Shown here: piece by piece, positions 1-10,362 of the stretch
Layout: each line of letters opens with the position of its first letter
Numbering within the stretch: the first letter of the stretch is position 1
Program-made: the position numbers and the translations under genes
The notes under the pieces: model-generated
What the model saw: the letters and a program-made list of their open reading frames with translations, nothing else
Databases searched by the model: none
Told to the model about the DNA's origin: nothing
Origin: Promethearchaeota archaeon
Lineage (GTDB): Archaea > Asgardarchaeota > Heimdallarchaeia > Hodarchaeales > Hodarchaeaceae
NCBI GenBank assembly: GCA_048938105.1
Contig: JBHLMN010000008.1
Span: 32,001-96,000, forward strand
Direction of reading: 5' to 3'
Length of the DNA stretch: 64,000 nt

Positions 1-2
1 CC

Positions 3-872
3 CATACAAAAAGAAGCTACTGCTTTACCTCGATTAACGGTCTTCTGCGTATTGTCTACAATACCATTCTTCATTAAATCCACAAGACCATCCGAAACTA
101 ACTCTGTATGAACCCCAAGGTGATTTTTTTCACTCAAATTAGCCATTACAGCGTCAGGAATTGAACCATAACCAACTTGAATCGTGTCACCATCTTGAAT
201 AAGACGTGCTACATAATTCCCTATTTTAGATGCAATATCAGCATGTGATTCCTCACTTGTGGGTATTGGGTCATACTCGAGAATAGGTTCATCATATGGT
301 ATTATGTAATCAATATCTTCGATATGAATGAATCCATCACCATGAACACGGGGCATATGAGAATTTATTTGAGCAATAACTAATGATGCCTTCTCTGTTG
401 CAGCTTTAACAATATCTACTGATACTCCAAGATTAACATACTCATGTTCATCAGGGGGGGAACACTGTATCAAAGCAACATCTATAGGTACCAAGCCGTT
501 AGAAAATAATTTAGGAGTATTAGATAAAAAAATAGGAGTATAATCGGATAAACCCGTATTTATAGACTTTCTAGTAGGAGCAGCAACGAAAAATGAATTG
601 TACCGAAAATTCTGTTGGTATCGTGCATTAGCATAAGGTGCAACTCCTAAATTCCACCAGGAAAGAACTTCAGTATCAAAAAAAGCTTTGGGATGCGACT
701 CTAAATATGAAGCAAGACGGCTAATGAGATATTGAGGTTCTGCACATGCAGTAGATATAAAAATTCGGTCACCTCTATGGATATTTTGAAAAATCTGTTT
801 TTCAGAAGCAAATTTCTGTGGGTAATCTTGCTTCAATTTGTCATAATTGTCTCTATTATTACCTAAAGCCAT
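3..872 (-). CDS. Acetyl-CoA hydrolase/transferase (4-hydroxybutyrate CoA-transferase-like), runs off the window start
   Basis: Not in the ORF track. Manual translation from ATG 872 gives MALGNNRDNY...GDRIFISTACAEPQ...DVALIQCSPPDEH...MPRVHGDGFIH...DGDTIQVGYGSIPDAV...HLGVHTE, typical family motifs, open to the edge. Confidence 0.9.
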   Translation of the reverse strand, partial: MALGNNRDNYDKLKQDYPQKFASEKQIFQNIHRGDRIFISTACAEPQYLISRLASYLESHPKAFFDTEVLSWWNLGVAPYANARYQQNFRYNSFFVAAPTRKSINTGLSDYTPIFLSNTPKLFSNGLVPIDVALIQCSPPDEHEYVNLGVSVDIVKAATEKASLVIAQINSHMPRVHGDGFIHIEDIDYIIPYDEPILEYDPIPTSEESHADIASKIGNYVARLIQDGDTIQVGYGSIPDAVMANLSEKNHLGVHTELVSDGLVDLMKNGIVDNTQKTVNRGKAVASFCM

Positions 873-1011
873 CACTAACACTCCAAGTTATCCATTAGTC
901 AATTTTGATCTTCCTTGGTAGACAATTATTACTTTTGTTGAGTGTGATATAAATTAACACCTCTCGAGATTGTAATAACATTTTTGAATTGGAGTTCCTC
1001 CAATAATAATT

Positions 1012-2979
1012 ATGAGGGATCATCAACATATTATACTAATTTGTCTATTACTTTCAGTATTTTTGTATTCTCCTATCTCAGTTCGTTCAACCACTAATAA
1101 GAATAATGTTAAATGTGTGACTGATACGCCTATAACTCCTTTCTTTAATATTACTCTCCTTACCCCTGATAATTATGATAAACGTATTGAATGGGCACAG
1201 GTAATAGAACAAGAATTCCCTAAGATTGGTATAGGTGTAAAATATCATGACATCGCACCTAGAAAAGTTATTGATGAGGAACGGTTGGTGATAAATCCAG
1301 AGACAGGAATGTATAATACATATGATGAAGGAGGGTTCGATATTATTACTGATGGATTAATGTGGGGGTTTAACCTTCAGTGGGACGCTTATCAAGAGGT
1401 TTATCCTTATATCACATACGAGGAGGGATATCAATCACCAGGTATGGATGAGTTAATGCCTATATACTATTCAACATTCAATAATACTAAAAGATTAGAG
1501 ACACTCAAACAAATTCAAGCAACACTGCATGAAGATCAACCCGAGATCGTAATACTCTATCCTGCTGGAATTTGGGCTTTCAATCCAAGCTGGGATATTT
1601 TATATGAAGATGTTTTGGCTATCCAATTCTATAGAATGCGGAGCGGTTGGGCTGACTTTGGTTTTAATGGATATGATCCTATCGTATTTGGAAGAATTGA
1701 TCCTGGTCCTTATACTACTATTAACTTTGAAACTCTTTTTCAGGATTTCGAATGGGGGTATTTCTTCACTGTAATTCCTTCTATGATATGGCAAGGGCTC
1801 TATGAAAGAAACCAGACAGATAACTTCAATTGGGTTCCATTAATAGCGAAACAAATGCCTATATGGAGTGAGGACAATAAATTAGCAACTATTATATTAC
1901 GAGATGATGTTTTCTTTGCCGACGGTCATCAACTTACAAGTCATGACGTTGTAGAGACTTATCGGTTTCATTTAACCCCAAGCTATTCTCCTTTTTCTTA
2001 TGGTGTGTTCAACTATTTTTTTGGATTTAATGAATCAATCATTGCCATAGACGATTTTACTGTTCAGTTTAATTTTACAGAGGCGATAGATGATTTTCCT
2101 TATCCTCTTGAATTTTTTGATTATGGTATCCTCCCAATTCACATCTGGGGAAATCACACTCACCCAGCTGTTGCTGATTATAACTTTGATGCAGCGTTAG
2201 CAGCTAATATGACTAAATTGTACGAATTTTGTATTGGAACAGGGCCCTATAGATATAAATTCGTCAATATGACAGAACCCCGAGTTGAATTACAAGCGGT
2301 CAATAATTATTGGAACGGGGATGTTCAGACCAACGAGATCCATTTTGAGATTTATGAGTATGATTATACTAAAGGTTATTGTAGAGACGAAGATCAGGCT
2401 ATTGCTGATTTACAAAGCGGAAAGACTCATATCTTAGGAAGAAATATCATTCAGAATCTATCTAAAGTTCAAGGACTTGACTATTATGTTCTTCCCAACT
2501 CAAATTTAATCCCTGGTGAGATGGATACACCAATTCAAGAATTGTTTCTTAACTTGTATCATCCCATTTTAGGCACGGGGGTGAAAACGCCGTTAGGTAT
2601 TACAACCCCCTCACGTGCGGGAGAAGCTGCTAAGTATATTCGTCAGGCAATCAGCCATGTTATCCCTAGGCAACGAATCATTGACGAGATTCTTTTAGGA
2701 GTTGGAATACCTGGGTTAACTCTCGTTAATCCTATTTGTTTGGGTTTTGATGATTCTCTCGAACCTTATGAGTATAATATAGCGAAGGCAAAGGAGTTAC
2801 TTACAAAAGCAGGGTATAAATACCCTCCTGAGCCATCTACTACATCATCTACAACGTCAACGACATCAACGATTTCTGCTGCCAATTCCTCCTTTGAATT
2901 AATGATTTTAATCGCTAGTATGACTTCATTTGGAATCTATAATGCTGTAAAACATCATAAACGTCGTCATCAAAAATAA
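1012..2979 (+). CDS. ABC transporter substrate-binding protein, family 5 (peptide/nickel), with C-terminal membrane anchor
   Basis: Signal peptide; LRDDVFFADGHQLTSHDV, IGTGPY, IRQAISHVIPRQ, YEYNIAKAKELL motifs; Thr/Ser linker, TM and basic tail. Confidence 0.85.
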   Translation: MRDHQHIILICLLLSVFLYSPISVRSTTNKNNVKCVTDTPITPFFNITLLTPDNYDKRIEWAQVIEQEFPKIGIGVKYHDIAPRKVIDEERLVINPETGMYNTYDEGGFDIITDGLMWGFNLQWDAYQEVYPYITYEEGYQSPGMDELMPIYYSTFNNTKRLETLKQIQATLHEDQPEIVILYPAGIWAFNPSWDILYEDVLAIQFYRMRSGWADFGFNGYDPIVFGRIDPGPYTTINFETLFQDFEWGYFFTVIPSMIWQGLYERNQTDNFNWVPLIAKQMPIWSEDNKLATIILRDDVFFADGHQLTSHDVVETYRFHLTPSYSPFSYGVFNYFFGFNESIIAIDDFTVQFNFTEAIDDFPYPLEFFDYGILPIHIWGNHTHPAVADYNFDAALAANMTKLYEFCIGTGPYRYKFVNMTEPRVELQAVNNYWNGDVQTNEIHFEIYEYDYTKGYCRDEDQAIADLQSGKTHILGRNIIQNLSKVQGLDYYVLPNSNLIPGEMDTPIQELFLNLYHPILGTGVKTPLGITTPSRAGEAAKYIRQAISHVIPRQRIIDEILLGVGIPGLTLVNPICLGFDDSLEPYEYNIAKAKELLTKAGYKYPPEPSTTSSTTSTTSTISAANSSFELMILIASMTSFGIYNAVKHHKRRHQK

Positions 2980-3036
2980 ATCATATTATTATAAGTGTCA
3001 TGTTTTCTCATTCAGAAATAATGGATCTGAAAACAT

Positions 3037-6000
3037 ATGACTAAAAATCTCATATTAATCATTTTTAGGATAATAATTGGTTTTTCTTTGATAATTGCTT
3101 TAAACCCCCTTGTTATTCATAAATCAAGAATTGCTCAGAGTAATAATTTACTTATTCATTCAGTAGATTGTTGTAAAGACCAAATTATTCCTAAATTCCA
3201 CGATTTTCACAACAAGAGGATTTTTATTAATGAACTTCTGAATGAAGATTTGGTTTACAGTATTACAACTGATAGTCTAGCGAATATCTTAGTAACTGGT
3301 AGCTGCTATCGGAAAGAAACGGATTTAGATGTATATCTGACAAAATTCTCCTCTACAGGGGATTATCTTTGGACCAGATCTCTCAATGGAAGTTCTAAAG
3401 ACATTGGAACTGATATAGCTGTTGATAAGAAAGGTAATATTATCATCACTGGAGTAACTTATTCAATTAATTTTCCAACAACACCAGATGCCATAAAAGG
3501 GCCTCCCCGAATATTTTATGAATCTGATCCCTTTGTTACAAAATATTCACCATCAGGAACGATCATGTGGAGCACATGTCTTGGAGGATCTGCATATGAT
3601 TCAGGAATTACGAGTCTTGCAGTCGATAGTCATAATAATATTGTTATAGTTGGTCAGGTGCACTCTGATGACATTAATATTAGCAGTGACTGTTTTGATC
3701 CCACGTATAATGATGGGAACGACGTATTTATCGCAAAAATCAATGAAAATGGTTCCCTCATATGGTGTACTTATCTGGGTGGATCGTCTCATGACTATCC
3801 TATTGACCAATTAGTAGTTTATCCTGAACAGCCGAATGAAATAGATGTGGTGATCGATAGCAACGATAATATCATTGTTTCTAGTTCAACTGAATCAGAC
3901 GACTTTCCGACAACAGTAAATGCTTTTAATAGGACCTACGGAGGAGGAGGAGATATTTTTCTTTCAAAATTTAATACTACTGGCTTTCTGCTTTGGAGTA
4001 CTTTTATAGGAGGAAATAGCATAGAAAATGGCCATAGTGTTACAGTTGACACAGAGGATAATATTCTCATTACTGGTGGTACATATTCAACCAATTTTCC
4101 CACAAAAAGTGCTTACCAAGCAACGAATAAAGGCGATTATGATATTTTCCTTTCAAAATTTAGTTCTACTGGTTCTTTACTATGGAGTACTTTTCTAGGA
4201 GGGGCAAGAGACGATAGAGGCCACTCTGTCGTTGTTGACAATTCGAATGAAATTTATATAACGGGACGTACGAAATCAAATGATTATCCCACGACAGAGA
4301 GCTCTTATGACGTTACTTTTGGGGGGGGAGCTAAATTAGGAGATGCATTTTTAACAAAATTAACTAATTCTGGAGAAGTGGTTTGGAGTACTTACATTGG
4401 TGGAGAAGATGATGATGCTGGAGCAGAAATAACAATAGATAACAACAATAATCTCATTATTACAGGTAATACGGCTTCAGAGAATTTGGAATCATATAAT
4501 AGTTCTTACTTATATTCGTTTGGAGGACTTAAGGATGGTTTTTTCTCAAAATTTCAATCGACTGGTGAAATTATATCACTTACACGTGCTTTAGTAGTGA
4601 CGGAACCAAGTAGTGATCCTGATAATGATGAACTCATAAATAAAGATGAATTTAAATACTTAACAGATCCTTTTAACCCAGATACTGATAATGATACTAT
4701 GACGGATAAAGCAGAAGTGGATGCAGGCTTAGAACCGCTCATAGATGATGCAGATGAGGATTATGATGCAGATGGATTAACAAATATTGAAGAAATGTAT
4801 CGCCATACGAACGTATCGAATCCTGATACTGATGGAGATGGGATGGATGATTGGTGGGAAATCGAAATGGCGTTAATTCCCTATATAAACGATACCCAAG
4901 GCGATAAAGATGACGATGGAATGCCAAACTATTGGGAATACCAAATGGGTTTACATGCAAACTATAATGATTCCGCTAATGATCCTGACAATGATGGGTT
5001 ATCAAATCTGGGAGAGTATCAGAATAAAACTAATCCTAATAAATTTGATACAGATAATGATAGTTTGCCTGATGGATGGGAAGTAAAAAATAAATTGGAT
5101 CCTCTCAATCCTGCTGATGCAAACCATGATTCTGATGGAGATGGGTTTCCAAATATGTTAGAATACCAACTAGGATTCAATCCCCAAAGTCCTATTGAAT
5201 TATATGGTGGTTTATTCCTAGTTTTCATTGTATTATGCCTGGTAGCAGGACTGTTTCTTCGAACAAGAAAATTAAATCAAGAAGCTGTTTTGTTAGGATT
5301 TGAAAACAATGCTGATAAGAAAGCTGCTATTAGAGCCGGGTTTAAAACAGTCAAAGAACGATCTGAGGCCCAAGCTGCTGGCTTTTTAACTGCTGACATA
5401 TACAATATAGTAAAAGCCGCTGGTTGGTTTACTGTTGCGGAAATGGTGGGAGATTGGAAAAATGAATTCTCAGCTACTAGAAAAGAAATCACAGACGAAG
5501 ATATACAGGATTTTAATCAATCAGTACAAGAGTCAATTTCACCCCTTCATCTCAGTGAAATTGAATCAGAGTTTAAACCGTTGTTTGAGAAAATTAAGGG
5601 TAAAAAAACGCGATTAATCCAGATATCTTCATTACAACAGTCTTTAGCAACAAGCTACGAGTCAAGTAAGACTCCTTTGCTAATTGGTATCTCTTTAGAT
5701 GAGTTGAATACTCATAGTACTCAATCAGCCTCTCTTCTCCAATTTTTGAATGAGTGTGAGGAGAGAATTAATAATTCAATATCTCATCGTCTTGAGTTCT
5801 TTACTCCTTGGTCAAGACTCCTAACTTTAATTCAACTCACTGAGGATCGTACTCCCGTTAAACTGAGTGAGATCGCGAATATCGTTAATTGTCCAGAGGA
5901 ACAGGCTGAGGAATTAATTACCCTTTTATTAAAAGAAAATGATTATATTGGTAAGTTTGACGATAAGGATAAAGTGTATATAAAAGGTCATGATGTGAAT

Positions 6001-6060
6001 GAATTAATCCAAAACTATATTAAACTAGTAAAAGAATTTATGGAGGACTATGAAGAATAA
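3037..6060 (+). CDS. Single-pass surface protein: SBBP beta-propeller repeats, DxDxDG Ca-binding repeats, TM, cytoplasmic tail ending in a PCI-like winged helix
   Basis: Repeated WSTxxGG / IAVDxxxNIxITGxTxSxxFP; repeated DTDxDGxxD; TM GGLFLVFIVLCLVAGLFL; C-terminal LSEIANIVNCPEEQAEELITLLL...IGKFD. Confidence 0.8.
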   Translation: MTKNLILIIFRIIIGFSLIIALNPLVIHKSRIAQSNNLLIHSVDCCKDQIIPKFHDFHNKRIFINELLNEDLVYSITTDSLANILVTGSCYRKETDLDVYLTKFSSTGDYLWTRSLNGSSKDIGTDIAVDKKGNIIITGVTYSINFPTTPDAIKGPPRIFYESDPFVTKYSPSGTIMWSTCLGGSAYDSGITSLAVDSHNNIVIVGQVHSDDINISSDCFDPTYNDGNDVFIAKINENGSLIWCTYLGGSSHDYPIDQLVVYPEQPNEIDVVIDSNDNIIVSSSTESDDFPTTVNAFNRTYGGGGDIFLSKFNTTGFLLWSTFIGGNSIENGHSVTVDTEDNILITGGTYSTNFPTKSAYQATNKGDYDIFLSKFSSTGSLLWSTFLGGARDDRGHSVVVDNSNEIYITGRTKSNDYPTTESSYDVTFGGGAKLGDAFLTKLTNSGEVVWSTYIGGEDDDAGAEITIDNNNNLIITGNTASENLESYNSSYLYSFGGLKDGFFSKFQSTGEIISLTRALVVTEPSSDPDNDELINKDEFKYLTDPFNPDTDNDTMTDKAEVDAGLEPLIDDADEDYDADGLTNIEEMYRHTNVSNPDTDGDGMDDWWEIEMALIPYINDTQGDKDDDGMPNYWEYQMGLHANYNDSANDPDNDGLSNLGEYQNKTNPNKFDTDNDSLPDGWEVKNKLDPLNPADANHDSDGDGFPNMLEYQLGFNPQSPIELYGGLFLVFIVLCLVAGLFLRTRKLNQEAVLLGFENNADKKAAIRAGFKTVKERSEAQAAGFLTADIYNIVKAAGWFTVAEMVGDWKNEFSATRKEITDEDIQDFNQSVQESISPLHLSEIESEFKPLFEKIKGKKTRLIQISSLQQSLATSYESSKTPLLIGISLDELNTHSTQSASLLQFLNECEERINNSISHRLEFFTPWSRLLTLIQLTEDRTPVKLSEIANIVNCPEEQAEELITLLLKENDYIGKFDDKDKVYIKGHDVNELIQNYIKLVKEFMEDYEE

Positions 6061-6098
6061 CTTTACAGATATTCTATACCTAATGGCAAAAAAATCTG

Positions 6099-7262
6099 TT
6101 AATTAAAGGTACCAGGAAAATACGTCATCCCTCCACCGCAAAATAGACAGGTGGTCATCCCTTGTTCCTTCATTTGTAAATAACCTTTTTCACAGATCGC
6201 TCTAAAGCAATTATTGCATTGATAATGTGCATGGGAGACAGGTGAGTCTTCATCGTGGATTTCACAATGATATTTATCTGAACCAAGAACCAACACATCA
6301 TCATCTACGGTGTCATAAGTTCCTCCTGTTTCTATGAATCCTTGGAGTGATTGACGACTGATTAATCTGCTAATAATCTCATGTGTTAAACCCACTTCCA
6401 ACCTAGATATTTTTGCGATTCTTTGAATAGGAATTTGACTGCTTTCTTCAACCTCATAAAGTGTTGAAATGGTATCAATAACCATTTTTTCATGTTCAGA
6501 GATATTTTTCTCGTGCTTCCGATAATCTAAATATGTTCGGGTTTTCTCCTTAAGTGAGGAATATGATAGCCTTTCTTTAAGCTTCAGAGCCTTAAAATCA
6601 TTGACAACTCTTCTAGATACTGTTTTAATTCCTTGTCGTGAAACATTATACCTTTGAACTTTATAATATTCACTTAATGAGGTTTTCATTTCTTTCGGAT
6701 TATATGATGATTGAGCATCCGTCTCTTTAAATATCCTAGGAACTGGTATTAGAGAACCGTTACAATAGGGACATGTATTACTATTTCCTTTCCGATAACA
6801 ATCACTACAGATAAATCGGAGACACTGGACACACTGAAAGTGAAGTTCAAAAACGTCATGTTCCATCTGGTCTATTTGACACCAATAATAATCTTGTCGT
6901 AGAACGAGGGTGTCATCACTGATGTTATCAGGGGTTTGATTCTCCTCGATATAACCATCGATAAGACGTTGTTCAATAAACTCTTGGATAATAAAAATAA
7001 TATCATTCTCAGGTAATTTAACTTCCTCCGCGATCACAGCAATCCCTATCCGTCCCTTATGAATCTTATTGAGACTACCAATAGCAATGAATGTTCGTTT
7101 GATTGGATTGGATGATATTTTATACTCTTGGTCGAATTTTTGGAATTGATTAGCCTCCTTTTCGACCCTCTTTCTTAATGATGCCTTTATTCTGTCTGTT
7201 AATCCGTCATTAGATTCTGGCACCTTGAAAACCCTGTTTAATTCTAACTTCTTTGAAATCAT
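6099..7262 (-). CDS. Protein with two tandem (PCI-like winged helix + RING-like zinc finger) units
   Basis: Units IAEEVKL...LIDGYIE...CQID...CVQCLRFICSDC...CPYC and IAKISRL...LQGFIE...CEIH...CNNCFRAICEKG...CLFC. Confidence 0.7.
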   Translation of the reverse strand: MISKKLELNRVFKVPESNDGLTDRIKASLRKRVEKEANQFQKFDQEYKISSNPIKRTFIAIGSLNKIHKGRIGIAVIAEEVKLPENDIIFIIQEFIEQRLIDGYIEENQTPDNISDDTLVLRQDYYWCQIDQMEHDVFELHFQCVQCLRFICSDCYRKGNSNTCPYCNGSLIPVPRIFKETDAQSSYNPKEMKTSLSEYYKVQRYNVSRQGIKTVSRRVVNDFKALKLKERLSYSSLKEKTRTYLDYRKHEKNISEHEKMVIDTISTLYEVEESSQIPIQRIAKISRLEVGLTHEIISRLISRQSLQGFIETGGTYDTVDDDVLVLGSDKYHCEIHDEDSPVSHAHYQCNNCFRAICEKGYLQMKEQGMTTCLFCGGGMTYFPGTFN

Positions 7263-7432
7263 AACACAAATTTTGTGCTTTGTGTCATTTTTCGATTATT
7301 ATTCATTCTTCAAATATAATTGGTATATATTTAAAGATTACATTAGGGGGAGAAAAAACATCAATTAATAACATCTTTAAACAGAAAATTTCGCTTCTAC
7401 ATAATGGAATAAGAAAATTCAAGGAATATCAC

Positions 7433-7558
7433 ATGTACTGTCCACGCTGTCGTTCTCAAGGTAAAACAATTAAAATGAGATCATCTAAGCGCAGTTTCCA
7501 TAAAAAAACTAAATGGTTATGTCCTGATTGTGGGCTAGTGAGAATGGAAAAGCGTTGA
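7433..7558 (+). CDS. Small basic C4 zinc-ribbon protein (41 aa)
   Basis: MYCPRC...WLCPDCG. The in-frame ATG at 7433 is more plausible than the TTG at 7280. Confidence 0.65.
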   Translation: MYCPRCRSQGKTIKMRSSKRSFHKKTKWLCPDCGLVRMEKR

Positions 7559-7610
7559 ACACTTTTTTGTACACAAAGATAGATAAGAATTTTGAAGGTG
7601 TCAGTAAGGA

Positions 7611-8552
7611 TTGACCATATCTTTAGGTATTTCAATATCTTATTCAAGATTTCTCTCTCAAAAGAAAGCTTCGGAGAAATTCCAAGAAATTAAAGAGAAT
7701 AAAATCAATGCAATTGAGTTCGGATTGTTAAATTGCGTCCTCGGAAAGTCACAGATCCCAGGTACTGTTCCTTATCCTTCTGAAAGTCAAGTAAAAGCAG
7801 CGACGGAAATTGTACCATCTGATCTATATTATTTGTCAATTCATGCGCCTTACCGAATTTCTGCTACTTCTGAGGATCCCAAGAAACTACAGTACTCCAA
7901 ATCGAATATTTCTAAATCCCTATTGATTGCTGATTGGCTTGATGCTCATCATGTCACTTTTCATTGTGGTAGTTTTAAACGTAAACACAATAATGCTCAT
8001 GTTCAAAGAGTCCTTGAGGACTGGGAGGCATGGCGACAACATAAAGGTTATAATGCAAAGATGGCTCCGGAAGTAGGGGGTAAATTTAATGCCTTTGCTG
8101 ATTTCTTCACATTAGTTGAAATAGCTGGAACCATTGATAATTGTCTGATTACATGGGATATTAGTCATGATTTCGCACGTGGAGGTAATATAACAACAGA
8201 AGATGGGATACTTAACCGACTTAGTCTTCTTGATCAGATATTTGCCCTCAATCCTAATAATCGCTTACCCATGCATTTCTCAGGCATGGTGGTTGGGAAA
8301 GCAGGAGAGGCACATCATACACTCTTAGATCATGGAACAGGAGTGCCTTGGAAATTGGTGTTTTCGGTTCTCAAAGAACAGGAATACCTAGGCAAAGTTA
8401 GTTTAATCTGTGAAAGTAAAGTTCCTAAGAATGAGAAGATAAAAGGTAATTCTTTGACAGATGCAATTCGGGCACGAGATTTTCTAGAATCTGATAAATT
8501 GGAAAAGACTTACAAAGGCAAACCAGGCCATCTAGATTATTACTTCAGCTGA
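7611..8552 (+). CDS. nfo: Endonuclease IV (AP endonuclease family 2, TIM barrel)
   Basis: Metal-ligand motifs SIHAPY, TFHCG, PEVGGK, DISH, HFSG, EAHH, ICES. Confidence 0.8.
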   Translation: MTISLGISISYSRFLSQKKASEKFQEIKENKINAIEFGLLNCVLGKSQIPGTVPYPSESQVKAATEIVPSDLYYLSIHAPYRISATSEDPKKLQYSKSNISKSLLIADWLDAHHVTFHCGSFKRKHNNAHVQRVLEDWEAWRQHKGYNAKMAPEVGGKFNAFADFFTLVEIAGTIDNCLITWDISHDFARGGNITTEDGILNRLSLLDQIFALNPNNRLPMHFSGMVVGKAGEAHHTLLDHGTGVPWKLVFSVLKEQEYLGKVSLICESKVPKNEKIKGNSLTDAIRARDFLESDKLEKTYKGKPGHLDYYFS

Positions 8553-8697
8553 AAATCAGATGATATCAGCCAAATCCTTAGAGGGAAAGATACTTTAATC
8601 TATTTATAGAAAGTGCGTTTGCGAAATAAAATCATTAAAATTAAGAAATACTATAAAAGTTATAAGAAGAGATCAATCATCACAGTTGGTAATAATA

Positions 8698-9894
8698 ATG
8701 ACCGTCTTCAAAATTCCACAAAGGAGATTCGAATCTCGTCAAGAGAAATTAGTAGAAATTCTTAAAGGGCTTAAATTACAAAGTTTCATAATCATAAGCC
8801 CTACTTCTATATATTATCTTACTGGTTTTGCGATGATTCCCACTGAGCGTCCATTTATACTCGTTTTTAAGGATTCTAGCATCAACTTTTTTGTACCAGA
8901 ATTAGAGAAACAGCATGTTTCAGAAGAAGTTCCAACAGCAGAATATATCGGAAGCTATTTCGAGTATCCTGACGTTATTCATCCTATGACTCATTTCAAA
9001 GATTTTGTTAAAGATGATTTGAAGATTTCTGGTAAATTAGGAGCGGAAGGCGCTGGAGCTAGAGGAATGTGGGGATATCAAGGACCTAAGTTTCAAGAAG
9101 TTCTAAAGATGGATGTCGCTATTCATCCTGATTTAGTAACAAATATGAGGATCATTAAGGATCCCGACGAATTAGCCTGCCTTCATGAATGTGCTCGTTG
9201 GGGGAACTTGGCTCATCAATTACTTCAAGAATATACTGCAATAGGTGAAAACGAAATTGATGTCTCTTTTAAAGCCAGTCATGAAGCTTCCAAGGAAATG
9301 CGTGAGATTCTAGGCCCCGAATATTCCCCTATAGGTTATGGGGGACAACCATGTGGCGCTGGATATCGAGGACAGATAGGTACATACTCTGCTATTCCCC
9401 ATGCTATGACAAGAAATGCAGTATTCCAAAAAGGTGACACTCTAGTGACAGGCGCAAGTGCCAATGTTGCGGGGTACCACTCAGAATTAGAGAGGACAAT
9501 GTTCATGGGAGACCCTAATGAAAAACAGCGTGGGTACTTTGCTGTTATGATGAAAGCTCAACAAGCTGCTTTCGATACATTAGGACCAGAAGTGCCGCTT
9601 TCTAAAGTTGACCAAGCCACTAGAACAGTTTTTAAAGAGGCGGGGGTGATGCACCTAGTACAACATCATACTGGACATTCAATTGGTCTTGAAGGACATG
9701 AACGTCCTTTCTTAGATGTTGGTTTGAACGATATGATAAAACCAGGGATGGTATTCACGGTAGAACCAGGTATTTACGATCGCTCAATTGGCGGATTTCG
9801 TCACTCTGATACAATTGTGATAACTGATGATGGAATAGATATTATTACTGATGAATATTCAAGAGATTTAGAATCACTCATTATTGCCCATTAG
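8698..9894 (+). CDS. Xaa-Pro peptidase (M24B)
   Basis: Creatinase-like N-domain; MRIIKDPDE, HHTGHSIGLEGHE, VFTVEPGIY, GFRHSDT. Confidence 0.9.
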   Translation: MTVFKIPQRRFESRQEKLVEILKGLKLQSFIIISPTSIYYLTGFAMIPTERPFILVFKDSSINFFVPELEKQHVSEEVPTAEYIGSYFEYPDVIHPMTHFKDFVKDDLKISGKLGAEGAGARGMWGYQGPKFQEVLKMDVAIHPDLVTNMRIIKDPDELACLHECARWGNLAHQLLQEYTAIGENEIDVSFKASHEASKEMREILGPEYSPIGYGGQPCGAGYRGQIGTYSAIPHAMTRNAVFQKGDTLVTGASANVAGYHSELERTMFMGDPNEKQRGYFAVMMKAQQAAFDTLGPEVPLSKVDQATRTVFKEAGVMHLVQHHTGHSIGLEGHERPFLDVGLNDMIKPGMVFTVEPGIYDRSIGGFRHSDTIVITDDGIDIITDEYSRDLESLIIAH

Positions 9895-9903
9895 AGGATT
9901 AAA

Positions 9904-10269
9904 ATGGACACAAATCTGAAAAGAGGCGTTGAACTGATCAAACAGGTCGATAATTCAACTGCAATAGTATTTCTACTTAAAGCATTAAAAAAAGATCCGT
10001 CAAATCCAGAAATTTTCCGTCATCTTGGTTTAGCTTATTTTAATCTAGGTAACTTCGATGAAGCTCTCCTACACTGGAAAAAAGCAATCGAGCTAGACCC
10101 AACTCACCATCAAACAATATGGTCCTTAGGTAATCTACATGAGATAGAACACAGATATGATGAAGCTTACCAATGTTATAGCCAAGCAGCAGAAATTGCG
10201 AAACAGGGGTCATATCCCAAGAAAGCTGAACGTTATAGAGAGTGGGCAGCTAGGATTAAGAGGAAGTAA
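9904..10269 (+). CDS. Tetratricopeptide repeat protein
   Basis: LGLAYFNLGNFDEALLHWKKAIELDP-type TPR repeats. Confidence 0.85.
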   Translation: MDTNLKRGVELIKQVDNSTAIVFLLKALKKDPSNPEIFRHLGLAYFNLGNFDEALLHWKKAIELDPTHHQTIWSLGNLHEIEHRYDEAYQCYSQAAEIAKQGSYPKKAERYREWAARIKRK

Positions 10270-10362
10270 GAGCGAAAACACCAAATAAAACACTTTTTTG
10301 TATGAGGATAAGCATTTTTTGTTTAATATTCTGTCGAAGAGTTTTTTTCCCTAACAAATAAA

